From: Lysobacteraceae bacterium
GTDB taxonomy: Bacteria > Pseudomonadota > Gammaproteobacteria > Xanthomonadales > Xanthomonadaceae
Direction of reading: 5' to 3'
Assembly: GCA_030681035.1 (NCBI GenBank)
Contig: JAUXUI010000069.1
Coordinates: 27,674-91,673, forward strand
DNA: 64,000 nt
The translations under genes and the position numbers were made by a program. Each line of letters opens with the position of its first letter. The first letter of the stretch is position 1. Positions 47,476-58,703 of the stretch are shown one piece after another. A model generated the notes under the pieces. It saw only the letters and a program-made list of their open reading frames with translations, was not told the origin of the DNA and searched no databases.

Positions 47476-48489
47476 ATGGCCATCAAGGTCGCGATCAACG
47501 GGTACGGCCGCATCGGCCGCAATGTCATGCGTGCGTTGTACGAGGCCGGCCGCAACGGTGAACTGCAAATCGTTGCCATCAACGATCTGGGCGATGCGCA
47601 GACCAATGCTCATCTCACCCAATACGACACTGCGCATGGCAAGTTTCCGGGCACGGTAACGGTGGATGGCGGTGATCTGCTGGTCAATGGCGACCGCGTG
47701 AAAGTGTTTGCCGAGCGCGATCCGGCCAAGCTGCCGTGGCGCGATCTGGGGGTGGACGTGGTGCTTGAATGTACCGGTCTGTTCACCTCCAAGGCCAAGG
47801 CCGGCGCGCATATTGCTGCCGGCGCCAAGAAGGTGATCATTTCGGCGCCGGGTGGCGCGGATGTTGACGGCACGTTTGTCTACGGCGTCAACCACGATCA
47901 GCTCAAGGCCAGCCATACCGTCATTTCCAACGCCTCGTGTACCACCAACTGTCTGGCGCCGTTGGCACAGGTGCTGCACCAGAAGATCGGCATCGTGCAT
48001 GGCCTGATGACCACCATCCACGCCTACACCAACGATCAGGTGTTGACCGACGTGTACCACAGCGATCTGCGCCGTGCGCGTTCGGCCACTATGAGCCAGA
48101 TTCCGGCCAAGACCGGCGCGGCGGCGGCGGTGGGCCTGGTGCTGCCGGAATTGAATGGCAAGCTCGACGGCTTTGCGATGCGGGTGCCCACCATCAACGT
48201 GTCTGTGGTTGACCTCACCTTTGTTGCCGCGCGTGCCACCAGCGTCGCGGAGATCGACAGCGTCGTACGCGAAGCCGCCGAAGGCCGGCTCAAGGGCATC
48301 CTCGGCATCAATACGCAGCCGTTGGTGTCGATCGACTTCAACCACGATCCACGCAGTTCGACCTACGATGCCACCCAGACCCGGGTGATGGACGGTACCC
48401 TGGTCAAGGTGCTGAGCTGGTATGACAACGAGTGGGGCTTCTCCAATCGCATGCTGGATATGACTGTTGCGCTGATGGCAGCCAAGTAA
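47476..48489 (+). CDS. gapA: Glyceraldehyde-3-phosphate dehydrogenase (type I)
   Basis: [18 protein letters not shown], active site [23 protein letters not shown]. Confidence 0.93.
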   Translation: MAIKVAINGYGRIGRNVMRALYEAGRNGELQIVAINDLGDAQTNAHLTQYDTAHGKFPGTVTVDGGDLLVNGDRVKVFAERDPAKLPWRDLGVDVVLECTGLFTSKAKAGAHIAAGAKKVIISAPGGADVDGTFVYGVNHDQLKASHTVISNASCTTNCLAPLAQVLHQKIGIVHGLMTTIHAYTNDQVLTDVYHSDLRRARSATMSQIPAKTGAAAAVGLVLPELNGKLDGFAMRVPTINVSVVDLTFVAARATSVAEIDSVVREAAEGRLKGILGINTQPLVSIDFNHDPRSSTYDATQTRVMDGTLVKVLSWYDNEWGFSNRMLDMTVALMAAK

Positions 48490-48679
48490 GCGCATGGCCA
48501 ACCCGGGGCGCATTGGCGCTCCGGGATTGCGTCGGTGCTGCGCTGATTCACTAAACGAAAGATGGCCACTCAGCAGAATTTGGACGCGTTGCCTGCCGTG
48601 ATCGCTACGTGCGTGATAGCAATGGATTATTGATGACGGTGGAGACCAAGCCCGGGCGTTTTTTTGGCACACAAGTGCT

Positions 48680-48828
48680 CTCGCCAAGACGCCAAGCGCG
48701 CCAAGGGAAGAAAAAGATGACCGAAGACGAAACCGGCAGGCTGTTTTCGACGTTGCAATATCAATTGCCGTCAAGCGCCTTCACGAATAGGCTGATGGAT
48801 TCCTTGGCATTCTTGGCGTCTTGGCGAG
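48680..48828. repeat. Long inverted repeat element (about 30-bp arms, about 90-bp loop) upstream of dnaX
   Basis: The left arm is ctcgccaagacgccaagcgcgccaagggaa. The reverse complement of the right arm is ctcgccaagacgccaagaatgccaaggaa. By my count 26 of 29 aligned positions match. Confidence 0.55.
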
Positions 48829-48881
48829 GGATCATGCCTCCATTGCACCCACACTTACCAACGAGCTAAAAGGGTTACGCG

Positions 48882-50549
48882 ATGTCCTATCTGGTACTTG
48901 CCCGCAAATGGCGGCCACGGCGATTCGCCGAACTGGTCGGGCAGGAACATGTGGTGCGGGCGCTTACCAACGCATTGGAAGCGAACCGTGTTCACCACGC
49001 GTTTTTGTTCACCGGTACCCGTGGCGTCGGCAAAACTACCATCGCCCGCATTTTTGCCAAAAGCCTGAACTGCGAGCGCGGAATCGGTGCCGAACCCTGT
49101 GGTGAGTGTGGCGCGTGTACCGATATCGACGCCGGCCGTTTCATGGACCTGCTTGAAATCGATGCCGCCAGCAATACTGGTGTTGATGACGTGCGCGAAC
49201 TGATCGACAACGCGCAGTACATGCCCAGCCGCGGCCGGGTAAAGGTGTACCTGATCGATGAGGTACACATGTTGTCCAAGCAGGCGTTCAATGCGCTGCT
49301 CAAGACCCTGGAAGAACCGCCGGCACACGTCAAGTTTCTGCTCGCCACCACCGACCCGCAAAAACTGCCGGTGACGGTGCTGTCGCGCTGTCTGCAATTC
49401 AACCTCAAGCGGCTCAGCGAAGAACAGATCGGCGGCCAGATGCGCCATATCCTGCAGGCCGAGCAACTCAACTACGAGGATGCCGGTATCGAATTGCTGG
49501 CACGTGCCGCCGATGGCAGCCTGCGCGATGGCTTGTCGTTGCTCGATCAGGCGATTGCCTACACCAGCACCAGCCTCGACCGGGCCGGTATAGCGGCCAT
49601 GCTGGGCACCGTGGATCGCAATCAGGTGGCAGGCTTGCTGCGTGCGCTCAATGCCGCCGACGGCGCCGCGCTGATGGCGGTGGTTGCCGACATGGCGACC
49701 TATTCCCCGGATTACGCCGCCGTGCTCGACGCGCTGGCATCGGCTCTGCATCGGCTGCAGTTGGCGCAGTTGGTACCCGGCAGCATGGTCGATACGCTGG
49801 ATGTGCCGGTGGCTGAACTGGCAGCATCGTTGCCGGCGGATTTGGTGCAATTGTGGTACCAGATTGCGATCAGCGGCCGCCGCGAGTTGCCACTGGCACC
49901 CAGCCCGCTGGTTGGATTCGAGATGTGCCTGCTGCGGATGCTGGCATTTCGCCCGGATGACGCGCCCGGTTCGGGTAAACAGCGAGCGCCCGCGCTGCCT
50001 GCTGCTGCCGCGCCACCGGCGCGCCGCGCCGCGCCGCCGGCAAGCCGCTCAGCACCGGCAATGCCATTACCGCCAGCGCCGATCACGCACGTGCGCGAGC
50101 CAGCGCCGGTTGCGGCAATCGTAAAGCCAACGCTGGTAGCCAACACGGCCACACTGGCAAGCGCCGAGCAATGGCTCGATCTGATCGAACAGGCCGGCTT
50201 GCGTGGGCCGGTGCGCGAGTTGGCGGCGCATGCCGCGTTTGTCGATTATCAGGCGCCGTTGTTGCGGCTGGCACTGCCCGAGGGCATGGACTACCTGCAC
50301 AGCGATGCGATGCTGGAAAGCCTGTCCGCAGCACTTGCGCCAGCGCTTGGTCAGCGGCCGCAGATCCGTTTCCAGATCAGTGCCGCAGCGCCGTCCGATA
50401 CCTTGCATCAGCGCCGTGAGCGCGACCGTGAGCAACGCCAGAGCGATGCCGAAGCGGGCTTCATGGCCGACCCGGCAATTCAGCATCTGGTCAATGCCTA
50501 TGGTGCGCGGGTGTTGCCCGATTCCATTCGCCCCCTCAAAGAGAGTTGA
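48882..50549 (+). CDS. dnaX: DNA polymerase III subunits gamma/tau
   Basis: [32 protein letters not shown]...[15 protein letters not shown], zinc module [23 protein letters not shown]. Confidence 0.92.
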   Translation: MSYLVLARKWRPRRFAELVGQEHVVRALTNALEANRVHHAFLFTGTRGVGKTTIARIFAKSLNCERGIGAEPCGECGACTDIDAGRFMDLLEIDAASNTGVDDVRELIDNAQYMPSRGRVKVYLIDEVHMLSKQAFNALLKTLEEPPAHVKFLLATTDPQKLPVTVLSRCLQFNLKRLSEEQIGGQMRHILQAEQLNYEDAGIELLARAADGSLRDGLSLLDQAIAYTSTSLDRAGIAAMLGTVDRNQVAGLLRALNAADGAALMAVVADMATYSPDYAAVLDALASALHRLQLAQLVPGSMVDTLDVPVAELAASLPADLVQLWYQIAISGRRELPLAPSPLVGFEMCLLRMLAFRPDDAPGSGKQRAPALPAAAAPPARRAAPPASRSAPAMPLPPAPITHVREPAPVAAIVKPTLVANTATLASAEQWLDLIEQAGLRGPVRELAAHAAFVDYQAPLLRLALPEGMDYLHSDAMLESLSAALAPALGQRPQIRFQISAAAPSDTLHQRRERDREQRQSDAEAGFMADPAIQHLVNAYGARVLPDSIRPLKES

Positions 50550-50551
50550 TT

Positions 50552-50881
50552 ATGCGTGGACCGATCGCCAACCTGATGCAGCAAGCACAGCGCATGCAGG
50601 ACAATCTCAAACAGGCTCAGGAAGATCTGGCCAAACTCGAAGTCACCGGTCAGGCCGGTGGTGGCATGGTGAGTGTCACCATGAGCGGGCGCATGGAAGT
50701 GCGTTCGGTGCGCATCGAGCGCAGCATGCTCGGCGATGATCCGGAAATGCTGGAAGATCTGCTCGCCGCAGCGTTCAATGATGCGGTGAACAAGGCCAAT
50801 GCCCTGAGCCAGGAACGCATGGGTGATGCTACCGCCGGCTTGTCGTTGCCGCCGGGGATGAAAATCCCGGGTCTGTTCTGA
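50552..50881 (+). CDS. ybaB: YbaB/EbfC nucleoid-associated protein
   Basis: [46 protein letters not shown]. Conserved dnaX-ybaB-recR order. Confidence 0.88.
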   Translation: MRGPIANLMQQAQRMQDNLKQAQEDLAKLEVTGQAGGGMVSVTMSGRMEVRSVRIERSMLGDDPEMLEDLLAAAFNDAVNKANALSQERMGDATAGLSLPPGMKIPGLF

Positions 50882-50908
50882 CATGCCTGGTGAGCTCCTA
50901 AACCAGCC

Positions 50909-50976
50909 GTCACCCCAGCGAAAGCTGGGGTCCATGGTGTTGTTTGCAATGGATTCCAGCGTTCGCTGGAATGACG
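50909..50976. repeat. Two variant hairpin modules (GTCACCCCAGCGAAAGCTGGGGTCCAT; TGGATTCCAGCGTTCGCTGGAATGACG)
   Basis: They have the same architecture as the 36943-37060 element and are followed by ctggttcagaac. Confidence 0.6.
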
Positions 50977-51043
50977 AGAATGTGCTGGTTCAGAACATAT
51001 CTGGCGTCAGTGCTTTGCAGGATGCCTCAGGTACGCGGCAGCG

Positions 51044-51688
51044 ATGAGTAGCGCCACGCTGTTGGAGCGGTTGATCCAGGGCCTGTGCTGCCTGCCCGGA
51101 GTAGGGCAAAAGAGCGCGCAGCGTATGGCGTTTCACCTGCTTGAGCGCGACCGCAACGGCGGCCGCGTGCTGGCGCAGGTGTTGGCCGAAGCGATGGAGC
51201 GCGTCGGCCATTGCCAGCGTTGCCGTGATTTTTGTGAAGCCGAGCTGTGCGCGGTCTGTGCCAGTGCCAGCCGTGACGGACATTTGCTGTGTGTGCTGGA
51301 ATCACCAGCTGACCGGCTCGCTGTCGAGCAGGCGACGGGCTATCGCGGTCTGTATTTTGTCTTGCAAGGCCGGCTGTCGCCGCTTGATGGGCTGGGGCCG
51401 CGCGAGTTGGGCCTGGATTTGCTGGCCGAGCGCCTGGCCAGCGGCGAGATCAACGAACTGATCATTGCCACCAATCCCACTGTCGAGGGCGAGGCGACCG
51501 CGCATTATCTGGCGCAATTGGCGCGCCAACACGATGTCAAGCCGAGCCGCCTGGCACATGGGCTGCCACTCGGCGGCGAGTTGGAGTACACCGATCGCGG
51601 TACGCTGGCGCATGCGTTTGGCTCGCGTCAGGAAGTGCTTGCGGCAGGCCATCCGGTGGGCGACAGAAGGCGCAACACGGCAACTTGA
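51044..51688 (+). CDS. recR: Recombination protein RecR
   Basis: [17 protein letters not shown], zinc finger [16 protein letters not shown], Toprim region [18 protein letters not shown]. Confidence 0.9.
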   Translation: MSSATLLERLIQGLCCLPGVGQKSAQRMAFHLLERDRNGGRVLAQVLAEAMERVGHCQRCRDFCEAELCAVCASASRDGHLLCVLESPADRLAVEQATGYRGLYFVLQGRLSPLDGLGPRELGLDLLAERLASGEINELIIATNPTVEGEATAHYLAQLARQHDVKPSRLAHGLPLGGELEYTDRGTLAHAFGSRQEVLAAGHPVGDRRRNTAT

Positions 51689-51720
51689 CGGTCGCCCAAG
51701 AGGTGCTCCTGCAATGCGGT

Positions 51721-51905
51721 TGCGCTGTGTGTGGGAGCGCGCCCTGCGCGCGAAGCTTTCGCAAGGCTCTCGCCGGCAGGCCGGCTCCCACAACGGCACA
51801 CAATGGCAGCAACGGAGCGGTAGCGCTGTGTGTGGGAGCGCGCCCTGCGCGCGAAGCTTTCGCAAGGCTCTCGCCGGCAGGCCGGCTCCCACATCGGCAC
51901 ACAAC
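51721..51905. repeat. Tandemly duplicated ~100-bp REP doublet
   Basis: gcgctgtgtgtgggagcgcgccctgcgcgcgaagctttcgcaaggctctcgccggcaggccggctcccaca occurs twice, starting near 51722 and near 51822. Confidence 0.75.
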
Positions 51906-52007
51906 AATGGCACCAACGCTCAACACAGTTGGCCCTGCAGTGCCACGTCGCGGCGCTAAACACGTTATATTTGAATCGCTGGTGGTGCTCTTGACAAGTA
52001 GGCTTTC

Positions 52008-52093
52008 GTCATTCCCGCGAAAGCGGGAATCCAGCGAAATCAATAGCCTGGACCCCGGCTTTCGCCGGGGTGACGACTTGTTCAGAGTTTCCC
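52008..52093. repeat. Double-hairpin MITE-like element
   Basis: gtcattcccgcgaaagcgggaatccag (52008-52034), ctggaccccggctttcgccggggtgac (52048-52074), then acttgttcagagtttccc. Confidence 0.7.
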
Positions 52094-52127
52094 TGGTGCC
52101 TGTGATACAGCAAGCCAAGAGGTTCCC

Positions 52128-52472
52128 ATGTCAGACACACTGTTCAGCAAAATCATTCGCCGCGAGATTCCTGCCGATATCGTGTTCGAGAACGCGCATG
52201 TGGTCGGCTTCCGCGACCTCAATCCACAGGCACCGGTACATGTGTTGTTCGTGCCGCGCGAGCCGGTGCCGACACTCAACGATTTACGTCATGACCAGGC
52301 CGAACTGGCGGGTCAGTTGCTGCTGGCGGCAGCGCACTACGCGCGTGAGCAGGGCTTTGCCGAGGCGGGTTATCGCACGGTAATCAATACCAATGCCGAT
52401 GCCGGGCAATCCGTGTTCCACATCCATCTGCACCTGCTCGCCGGGCGCACGCTGAGCTGGCCGCCGGGCTGA
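52128..52472 (+). CDS. HIT family (histidine triad nucleotide-binding) protein
   Basis: LFSKIIRREIPADIVFEN and the histidine triad SVFHIHLHLL. Confidence 0.88.
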   Translation: MSDTLFSKIIRREIPADIVFENAHVVGFRDLNPQAPVHVLFVPREPVPTLNDLRHDQAELAGQLLLAAAHYAREQGFAEAGYRTVINTNADAGQSVFHIHLHLLAGRTLSWPPG

Positions 52473-52544
52473 ACGCACAAGCCGCTATGTGACTCCGGCT
52501 GCGGCATTGCGCCGCGTCGTAGTAGTCGTGAAGACACGATAGGC

Positions 52545-53783
52545 TTGGCCTTCGATCCATTCCCGGAGTCTGGCGCTTTGCCTCTGATCCTGATCAAATT
52601 ACGTTACATCGCCATTGCCGGCTCGCTGCTTGCGCTGCTGGTTGCCAACGCCATCATGAATCTGGGGCAAGCGCGAACCCCTTTGCTCAGTGTGCTGGCA
52701 GCATTGCTGGTGGGCAACGTGGTGGCGCATCTGTGGTTGCGTCGGCGTGCAGCTGATGGCGAACTGCTGGTGTTGCTTCAGATGATAATCGACGTGATCG
52801 CATTGACCGTTGTCCTGCAATTTTCCGGTGGCCCGGGTAATCCGTTCGTGTCTTTGTATCTGGTGCCGGTCTCGGTAGCGGCGGCAACCATGCACAGGCG
52901 CTACGCCATGATTGTGGCAATGCTCGCGGTGGGGTTGTACACGTGGCTGTTGTATGGACACCAGCACAAAATGCACCTCGGCGGCAGCGGTTTTGCTACG
53001 CATGTCACCGGCATGTGGGTGCAGTTTTTGATCAGTGCGGTGATTCTTTTGGTGGTTTTGTGCCGGTTTCGCGCCATCGTTGAAGATCAGCGAAAACGCC
53101 TGGCACAAGCGCGTGAGCGTCAATTGCGCGATGAATCGCTGATTGCGGTTGGCGCGTTGGCGGCCGGCACCGCGCACGAACTCAATACGCCGTTGACCAC
53201 GTTGGGCATGCTGGTGGATGAGAGCGCGGATTCCGGTGTCCCACCTTCACCCGAGGACTATCGTCTGATGCGCGAACAACTGTTGCGTTGTCGCAGCCAT
53301 GTCGGTGCGCTCGCCGCACTGGCGCGGCGCGGCGCACTGGGTGAGGCGATTGTGCAACCGGTGGATGCGTTCCTTGATGATTGTCTGGCTCAATGGCAGT
53401 TATTGCGTCCTGGCGTGAGCGTTGAAAAGGGCAGCCCACTGCCTGGTGTGCTTGTTTCGGTGGATCAGGCGCTGCCACAGGCGTTGATCAATCTACTCAA
53501 CAATGCCGCCGACGCCAATGCGGTTGTCGGCAGCCAACAGGTGATCACGCTTGACAGCAAGCTGACCGATGGGCGCTATGTGCTGCATATCCTCGACCGC
53601 GGTCCGGGCCTGCGCCCGGATTCCGATGCGGTCAGGGGCCATGCACGTGGCGCTGGCCTGGGTATCGGGTTGTTGATTTCCAATGCCAGCATCGAGCGCT
53701 GCGGTGGCCACGTTCGCCTGTTTGCACGCGAAGGCGGTGGCTGTGTGACCGAGGTGGTTTTGCCGATGGAGCGCGAACAATGA
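52545..53783 (+). CDS. RegB/PrrB/RoxS-like redox-responsive sensor histidine kinase
   Basis: Six TM segments. H-box AVGALAAGTAHELNTPLTTL. ATP-binding boxes NLLNNAADA, DRGPGL, GLGIGL. Confidence 0.75.
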   Translation: MAFDPFPESGALPLILIKLRYIAIAGSLLALLVANAIMNLGQARTPLLSVLAALLVGNVVAHLWLRRRAADGELLVLLQMIIDVIALTVVLQFSGGPGNPFVSLYLVPVSVAAATMHRRYAMIVAMLAVGLYTWLLYGHQHKMHLGGSGFATHVTGMWVQFLISAVILLVVLCRFRAIVEDQRKRLAQARERQLRDESLIAVGALAAGTAHELNTPLTTLGMLVDESADSGVPPSPEDYRLMREQLLRCRSHVGALAALARRGALGEAIVQPVDAFLDDCLAQWQLLRPGVSVEKGSPLPGVLVSVDQALPQALINLLNNAADANAVVGSQQVITLDSKLTDGRYVLHILDRGPGLRPDSDAVRGHARGAGLGIGLLISNASIERCGGHVRLFAREGGGCVTEVVLPMEREQ

Positions 53784-54325
53784 CGGATTTGCAACGCATC
53801 CTGGTCATTGATGATGACGAGGCGTTTCGCAGCACATTGACCCGCGCCTTGACCCGGCGTGGTTTTCAGGTGGCTGGCGCGGTTGATGGTGAAGCCGGAT
53901 TGGCAGCCGCTAGAAGCGATATGCCCGATGCGATCGTGCTGGATCTCAAGTTGGGCCCGGACAATGGCTTGAGCCTGATTCGGGGGTTGCTTGATACCTG
54001 CCCGGATACCCGTATCGTGTTGGCTACCGGGTATGCCAGCATTGCCACGGCGGTGGATGCGGTGCGCCGTGGTGCTTGGGGCTATCTGCCCAAGCCGTTC
54101 ACAATTGACGCATTGCTGGCCGCATTCGAAGACCCGGATACAGACAGTCCGCCGCCAGAACCTGTGGATTCACCACCGTCGTTGCGGCGCCTGTCGTGGG
54201 AGCATATCCAGCGCATATTGGCAGAAGCGGATGGTAACGTCTCGGCAGCGGCACGCTTGCTGGGCATTGATCGGCGTACCCTGCAACGGCGCTTGCACAA
54301 GCGCCCGGAGCGCGAGCGCGAATAG
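53780..54325 (+). CDS. RegA/PrrA/RoxR-like response regulator (Fis-type HTH)
   Basis: ILVIDDDEAFRSTLTRAL, D-box VLDLKL. C-terminus LSWEHIQRILAEADGNVSAAARLLGIDRRTLQRRL. Confidence 0.8.
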   Translation: MTDLQRILVIDDDEAFRSTLTRALTRRGFQVAGAVDGEAGLAAARSDMPDAIVLDLKLGPDNGLSLIRGLLDTCPDTRIVLATGYASIATAVDAVRRGAWGYLPKPFTIDALLAAFEDPDTDSPPPEPVDSPPSLRRLSWEHIQRILAEADGNVSAAARLLGIDRRTLQRRLHKRPERERE

Positions 54326-54373
54326 CTGGAGACTATTGCAATCTGCTGCGCGACAAACAATTCGCTCGGGGAA

Positions 54374-54400
54374 CTGGATTCCCGCTTGCGCGGGAATGAC
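54374..54400. repeat. 27-nt hairpin repeat
   Basis: ctggattcccgcttgcgcgggaatgac. Confidence 0.8.
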
Positions 54401-54438
54401 GAAGCGAGACACTCGCAGTCAGGTATGCGCCATTGCGC

Positions 54439-54762
54439 TCAGCGCTCAAGCAAGGGCAGTTTGTCGGGCTTGCCGTCCCAGTCGCTGGCATCCGGCGGCG
54501 GCTCCTTGCGCGTGGTGATCACCGGCCACATCGCGGCCAGTTCGGCATTGAGCGCTGTGAAGTGCTCCTGGCCGGCGGGCACGTCGTCTTCGGGATAGAT
54601 CGCCTTGGCCGGGCACTCGGGCTCGCACAAGGTGCAGTCGATGCATTCCACCGGATCGATCACCAGAAAATTTGGTCCTTCGTGGAAGCAATCGACCGGA
54701 CACACTTCCACGCAATCGGTGTATTTGCAGCGAATGCAGTTCTCGACGACGACGAAGGGCAT
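54439..54762 (-). CDS. fdxA: 7Fe ferredoxin (FdxA type)
   Basis: Start [51 protein letters not shown]. Confidence 0.9.
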   Translation of the reverse strand: MPFVVVENCIRCKYTDCVEVCPVDCFHEGPNFLVIDPVECIDCTLCEPECPAKAIYPEDDVPAGQEHFTALNAELAAMWPVITTRKEPPPDASDWDGKPDKLPLLER

Positions 54763-54921
54763 GGCGTTTGGTTCCGTTGAGGCTGGCTGGCAGCGCATTT
54801 GCGATGTTGATGGCAATTGTAGCGGTTGCCGCTGCTCGCCACAAAAGGGTGTAAAACAGAAAGGCCCGCAACGCGGGCCTTTGCTGCTGGCGCTGTTACC
54901 GCCAGCGTCGATATTCCAAAG

Positions 54922-54997
54922 TGGTGCTCCCTACGAGGTTCGAACTCGTGTTCCCGCCTTGAGAGGGCGGTGTCCTGGGCCACTAGACGAAGGGAGC
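54922..54997 (-). tRNA. tRNA-Glu (anticodon CUC)
   Basis: Manual cloverleaf: GCTCCCT TC GTCT AGTGGCCCA GGAC A CCGCC CTCTCAA GGCGG GAAC ACGAG TTCGAAC CTCGT AGGGAGC A CCA. Confidence 0.85.
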
Positions 54998-55130
54998 AAA
55001 ACGCTTGGTAGAGCAAGCGCAAGCCGCTAGTATAGAAAGCTACCGCTTGCGACGCAACGGAAATAAAACATGCCGGGCGCGAGCCAGGTGTCAAAACTTG
55101 CAAGGAACTGCTGCGGCTACGCCGCCCGAT

Positions 55131-56504
55131 ATGAGCTCATCCGCCATTTCCACTCTATCTCAGCCCGTACACGTTGCGCGCGATCAGCATCCGATTTCGC
55201 GCAAGGACATCAGCCCCAACGCCTTGCGTGTGCTCTATCGCCTGCGCGAGGGCGGTTATGCCTCTTATCTGGTCGGCGGCGCAGTGCGCGATCTGCTTAC
55301 GGGCGGGCACCCCAAGGATTACGACGTGGCGACCGATGCCACGCCGGAGCAGGTCAAGCAGTTGTTCCGCAATTGCCGGCTGATCGGCCGCCGTTTCCGC
55401 CTGGCCCACGTCGTCTATGGCCGCGAGATCATCGAGGTGGCGACGTTTCGCGCCAATACCGATGATGGCACCGGCGATCGCGAACTCGAAGATGGGCGCC
55501 TGGTGCGCGACAACGTGTACGGCACTATCGAGGACGATGCGGTGCGCCGCGACTTCACCGCCAACGCCTTGTATTACACGGTCGAAGATTTTTCGGTACG
55601 CGATTTCGTCGGCGGCTTCGAGGACGTGCAAAACCGGGTGCTGCGCCTGATCGGCGACCCGGAAACGCGTTACCGCGAAGACCCGGTGCGCATGTTGCGC
55701 GCGATACGCCTTGCCGCAAAACTGGGTTTCAGCATTGCCCCTTCGGCTGCCGAGCCGATTCCGCGCCTGGCAGCGTTGCTCGATGGTGCCGCATCGGCGC
55801 GTTTGTTCGATGAATGCCTGAAGATGTTTCTCACTGGCCATGCCGAGCGCAGTTTTCTCGGCCTGGAAGCGCATGGCCTGCTACCGGCCTTGTTTCCACA
55901 GGCGACGCAGGCGCTGGCGCGGGCCGGCGAGCCGACGCGCGCGATGGTGCTGGCGGCCCTGCACAATACCGATCAACGGGTGGCGGAAGAGCGTCCGGTC
56001 ACCCCGGCTTTCCTGCTTGCGGCGCTGCTGTGGCCTGCTTACGGCGAAGAAGTGCAGGCGCTGCTGGCGCAGGGTCTGGACCCGGCGGTTGCGCAGCAAC
56101 GAGCAGCCGATCGGGTGATTTTGCATCAGGCGCAACGGGTGGCCTTGCCGCGCCGTTTCTCGCTGGCGATGGAAGAGATATGGCTGTTGCAAGCGCGCTT
56201 TGGCCAGCGCCAGCGCAAACGCGTTTTTCGCCTGCTGGCGCATCCCCGCTTTCGTGCCGCCTATGATTTTCTTGAACTGCGCGCGATCCAGGACCCGGAG
56301 TTGCAGCCTGAAGTGGAGTTCTGGCGTGAGGCGCAAATCGTGCCGGCCGAACAACTTGCGGAGAAACTCGCGCCAGTACGCAAGGGCCACAAGGCCACTG
56401 CGGAGCCTGATGCCCCGCCGGTTGGCGATGGCTCGGCACTGGCTCCAGTGAAGAAGCGACGGCGTCGGCGGCGGCCGCGGCCCGCCGGTAGTCCCGAAAC
56501 ATGA
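55131..56504 (+). CDS. pcnB: Poly(A) polymerase I
   Basis: ISPNALRVLYRLREGGYASYLVGGAVRDLL, DYDVAT, RRDFTANALYY. Arg-rich C-terminus. Followed by folK as in enterobacteria. Confidence 0.88.
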   Translation: MSSSAISTLSQPVHVARDQHPISRKDISPNALRVLYRLREGGYASYLVGGAVRDLLTGGHPKDYDVATDATPEQVKQLFRNCRLIGRRFRLAHVVYGREIIEVATFRANTDDGTGDRELEDGRLVRDNVYGTIEDDAVRRDFTANALYYTVEDFSVRDFVGGFEDVQNRVLRLIGDPETRYREDPVRMLRAIRLAAKLGFSIAPSAAEPIPRLAALLDGAASARLFDECLKMFLTGHAERSFLGLEAHGLLPALFPQATQALARAGEPTRAMVLAALHNTDQRVAEERPVTPAFLLAALLWPAYGEEVQALLAQGLDPAVAQQRAADRVILHQAQRVALPRRFSLAMEEIWLLQARFGQRQRKRVFRLLAHPRFRAAYDFLELRAIQDPELQPEVEFWREAQIVPAEQLAEKLAPVRKGHKATAEPDAPPVGDGSALAPVKKRRRRRRPRPAGSPET

Positions 56505-56983
56505 TCGATGCCTTTATTGGCCTCGGCGGTAATCAGGGCGATGTGCAGGCCGCGTTTGCTGCCGCGTTGGCAGCACTGGCGGCATTGCCGCAAACCCGGG
56601 TGGTGCAGGTATCCCCGTATTACCTTACGCCGGCCTGGGGCAACACTGCGCAGCCCGATTTCATCAATGCCGCCGCCCACGTGCAAACCGTTTTGGGCGC
56701 GCGCGCCTTGCTCGATGCCTTGCTCGATATCGAGCGTCAGCACGGTCGCGTGCGCGATGGTGAGCGTTGGGGCCCGCGCACGCTGGATCTGGATCTGTTG
56801 CTGTGCGGCGATCTGGATTGCGATCTGCCGGGCCTGCGCCTTCCGCATCCCGAACTGCATCGTCGCGCATTCGTGCTGGTGCCACTGGTGCAGATTGCGC
56901 CTGATATCATCGTTCCCGGACACGGCAGGGTCGCTGATTTGCTTGCCGAACTCGATACCGACGCCATCACGGCATTAACGTAG
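56501..56983 (+). CDS. folK: 2-amino-4-hydroxy-6-hydroxymethyldihydropteridine diphosphokinase (HPPK)
   Basis: [47 protein letters not shown]. Confidence 0.88.
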   Translation: MIDAFIGLGGNQGDVQAAFAAALAALAALPQTRVVQVSPYYLTPAWGNTAQPDFINAAAHVQTVLGARALLDALLDIERQHGRVRDGERWGPRTLDLDLLLCGDLDCDLPGLRLPHPELHRRAFVLVPLVQIAPDIIVPGHGRVADLLAELDTDAITALT

Positions 56984-57006
56984 GTTTTTCTTCGGCGCAA
57001 ACCCTC

Positions 57007-57837
57007 ATGTACGCAAACAACGACAAATCAGCCACGCGGCAAAAATTGACCGTGCCGCAACTGCGGCAATACAAGCGTGATCGCAACAAACTGGTGGCGC
57101 TGACGGCGTACGATGCCAGCTTCGCCGCAGTTCTCGATGCCAATGGTGTGGACGTGATTCTGGTTGGCGATTCTCTGGGCATGGTGATCCAGGGCCACGA
57201 CAGCACGCTGCCGGTGACTCTCGATGATGTGATTTATCACACCCGCTGTGTCGCGCGTGGACTGCGCAGCGCCTTGTTGATTGCCGACTTGCCATTCCAG
57301 AGCGATGCCACCCCCGAGCGTGCGCTTGATGCGGCGACGCGAGCGTTGCAGGCGGGTGCGGCGATGGTGAAGCTGGAGGGTGCGGGCCACAAGCTCGACA
57401 CCATCCGTTTTCTGGTCGAGCGTGAAATTCCAGTGTGCGCCCACCTTGGCCTTACCCCGCAGTCGGTGTTGCGCCTGGGAGGCTACAAGGTGCAGGGCCG
57501 CGAGACGGTTGCTGCGCAGCGCCTGCGCGACGACGCGCGTGCGGTGATGGATGCCGGGGCTGAATTGCTGGTGCTCGAATGCGTGCCCAGCAGCTTGGCG
57601 GCGCAGATCAGCGCCGACATCGCGATCGCCACCATCGGCATTGGTGCCGGTCCGGATTGCGATGGCCAGATTCTGGTATTGCACGATTTGCTGGGCATCA
57701 GCAGCGGCCATCGGCGGCCGCGCTTCGTCAAAGATTTTCTCGCTGAAGGCGGCTCGGTGGCTGCGGCGATCCAGGCGTATGCCGCGGCAGTGCGTGAAGG
57801 CCACTTTCCCGGCCCAGAACACGGTTATGCCGGATGA
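57007..57837 (+). CDS. panB: 3-methyl-2-oxobutanoate hydroxymethyltransferase
   Basis: [54 protein letters not shown]-like, HLGLTPQS. Confidence 0.92.
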   Translation: MYANNDKSATRQKLTVPQLRQYKRDRNKLVALTAYDASFAAVLDANGVDVILVGDSLGMVIQGHDSTLPVTLDDVIYHTRCVARGLRSALLIADLPFQSDATPERALDAATRALQAGAAMVKLEGAGHKLDTIRFLVEREIPVCAHLGLTPQSVLRLGGYKVQGRETVAAQRLRDDARAVMDAGAELLVLECVPSSLAAQISADIAIATIGIGAGPDCDGQILVLHDLLGISSGHRRPRFVKDFLAEGGSVAAAIQAYAAAVREGHFPGPEHGYAG

Positions 57838-58676
57838 ATACCTTTGATACCGTTGCCGATTTGCGGGCGCAAGTGAAGCAATGGCGCAGCGATGGCCTGC
57901 GGGTGGGCTTTGTGCCGACCATGGGCAATCTGCATGATGGTCATTTCGCGTTGGTCGATCTGGCGCGTCAGCACGCTGATCGGGTGGTGGCGAGCATCTT
58001 CGTCAATCCGACCCAGTTTGGCCCCAACGAGGATTACGCGCTGTACCCGCGCACCCCCGATGGTGATATCACCGGTCTGGCCGGGCATGGCTGCGACGCT
58101 TTGCTGCTGCCCAGCGTTGCGGAAATGTATCCGTTCGGTACCGCCGGTTGTGTGCAGATGCATGTGCCGGGGATCACCGACATCCTGTGTGGCCGGCACC
58201 GGCCCGGGCATTTCAACGGGGTTGCCACGGTGGTGGCGCGCCTGTTCAACATGGTGCAGCCCGATGTTGCCGTGTTCGGGCGCAAGGATTACCAGCAGTT
58301 GCAGGTGGTGCGCTACATGGCCAGCGAGATGGCGTTCGCGGTGGAGGTCATCCCGGCGCCAACGCTGCGTGAGCCCAGCGGCCTGGCGATGAGTTCGCGC
58401 AATCGCTACCTTGATGCCAGCGAGCGCACGACCGCCGACACGATCTATCGGGCGCTGCAGGCGATGCGTGATGCGCGCCGGCAGGGCGATCCGCCCGGCC
58501 GCATCGAGGGCGTTGGCGAGCGCATGTTGCTTGATGCCGGATTTGTCGTTGATTACGTTGAAGTGCTGCGTGCCGATCTGTCGCGTCCACGCGAAGGCTC
58601 GGAGCCGGGGCTGATCGGGTTTATCGCCGCTCGCCTGGGGCGCACCCGCTTGATCGATAACCTCGATTTGCAATGA
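57834..58676 (+). CDS. panC: Pantoate--beta-alanine ligase
   Basis: [49 protein letters not shown]. Confidence 0.92.
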   Translation: MNTFDTVADLRAQVKQWRSDGLRVGFVPTMGNLHDGHFALVDLARQHADRVVASIFVNPTQFGPNEDYALYPRTPDGDITGLAGHGCDALLLPSVAEMYPFGTAGCVQMHVPGITDILCGRHRPGHFNGVATVVARLFNMVQPDVAVFGRKDYQQLQVVRYMASEMAFAVEVIPAPTLREPSGLAMSSRNRYLDASERTTADTIYRALQAMRDARRQGDPPGRIEGVGERMLLDAGFVVDYVEVLRADLSRPREGSEPGLIGFIAARLGRTRLIDNLDLQ

Positions 58677-58703
58677 TGCATTGCCTGAGAAAGTGAGAAT
58701 TCG

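Noticed and set aside
47389-48774. N-terminal part of the 735-aa ORF 46567-48774
   Set aside because: It is antisense to gap. The S1/P1 nuclease signal peptide and mature domain start around 47388.
48490-48881. SRP (4.5S) RNA gene upstream of dnaX
   Set aside because: I expected it by analogy with the Bacillus subtilis gene order (from memory). The conserved domain IV core (GGAAGCAGCC-like) is not present on either strand.
48882-50549. Programmed -1 frameshift site in dnaX (A AAA AAG heptamer)
   Set aside because: No such slippery heptamer was seen on reading the gene. If gamma is made, it must be by another route.
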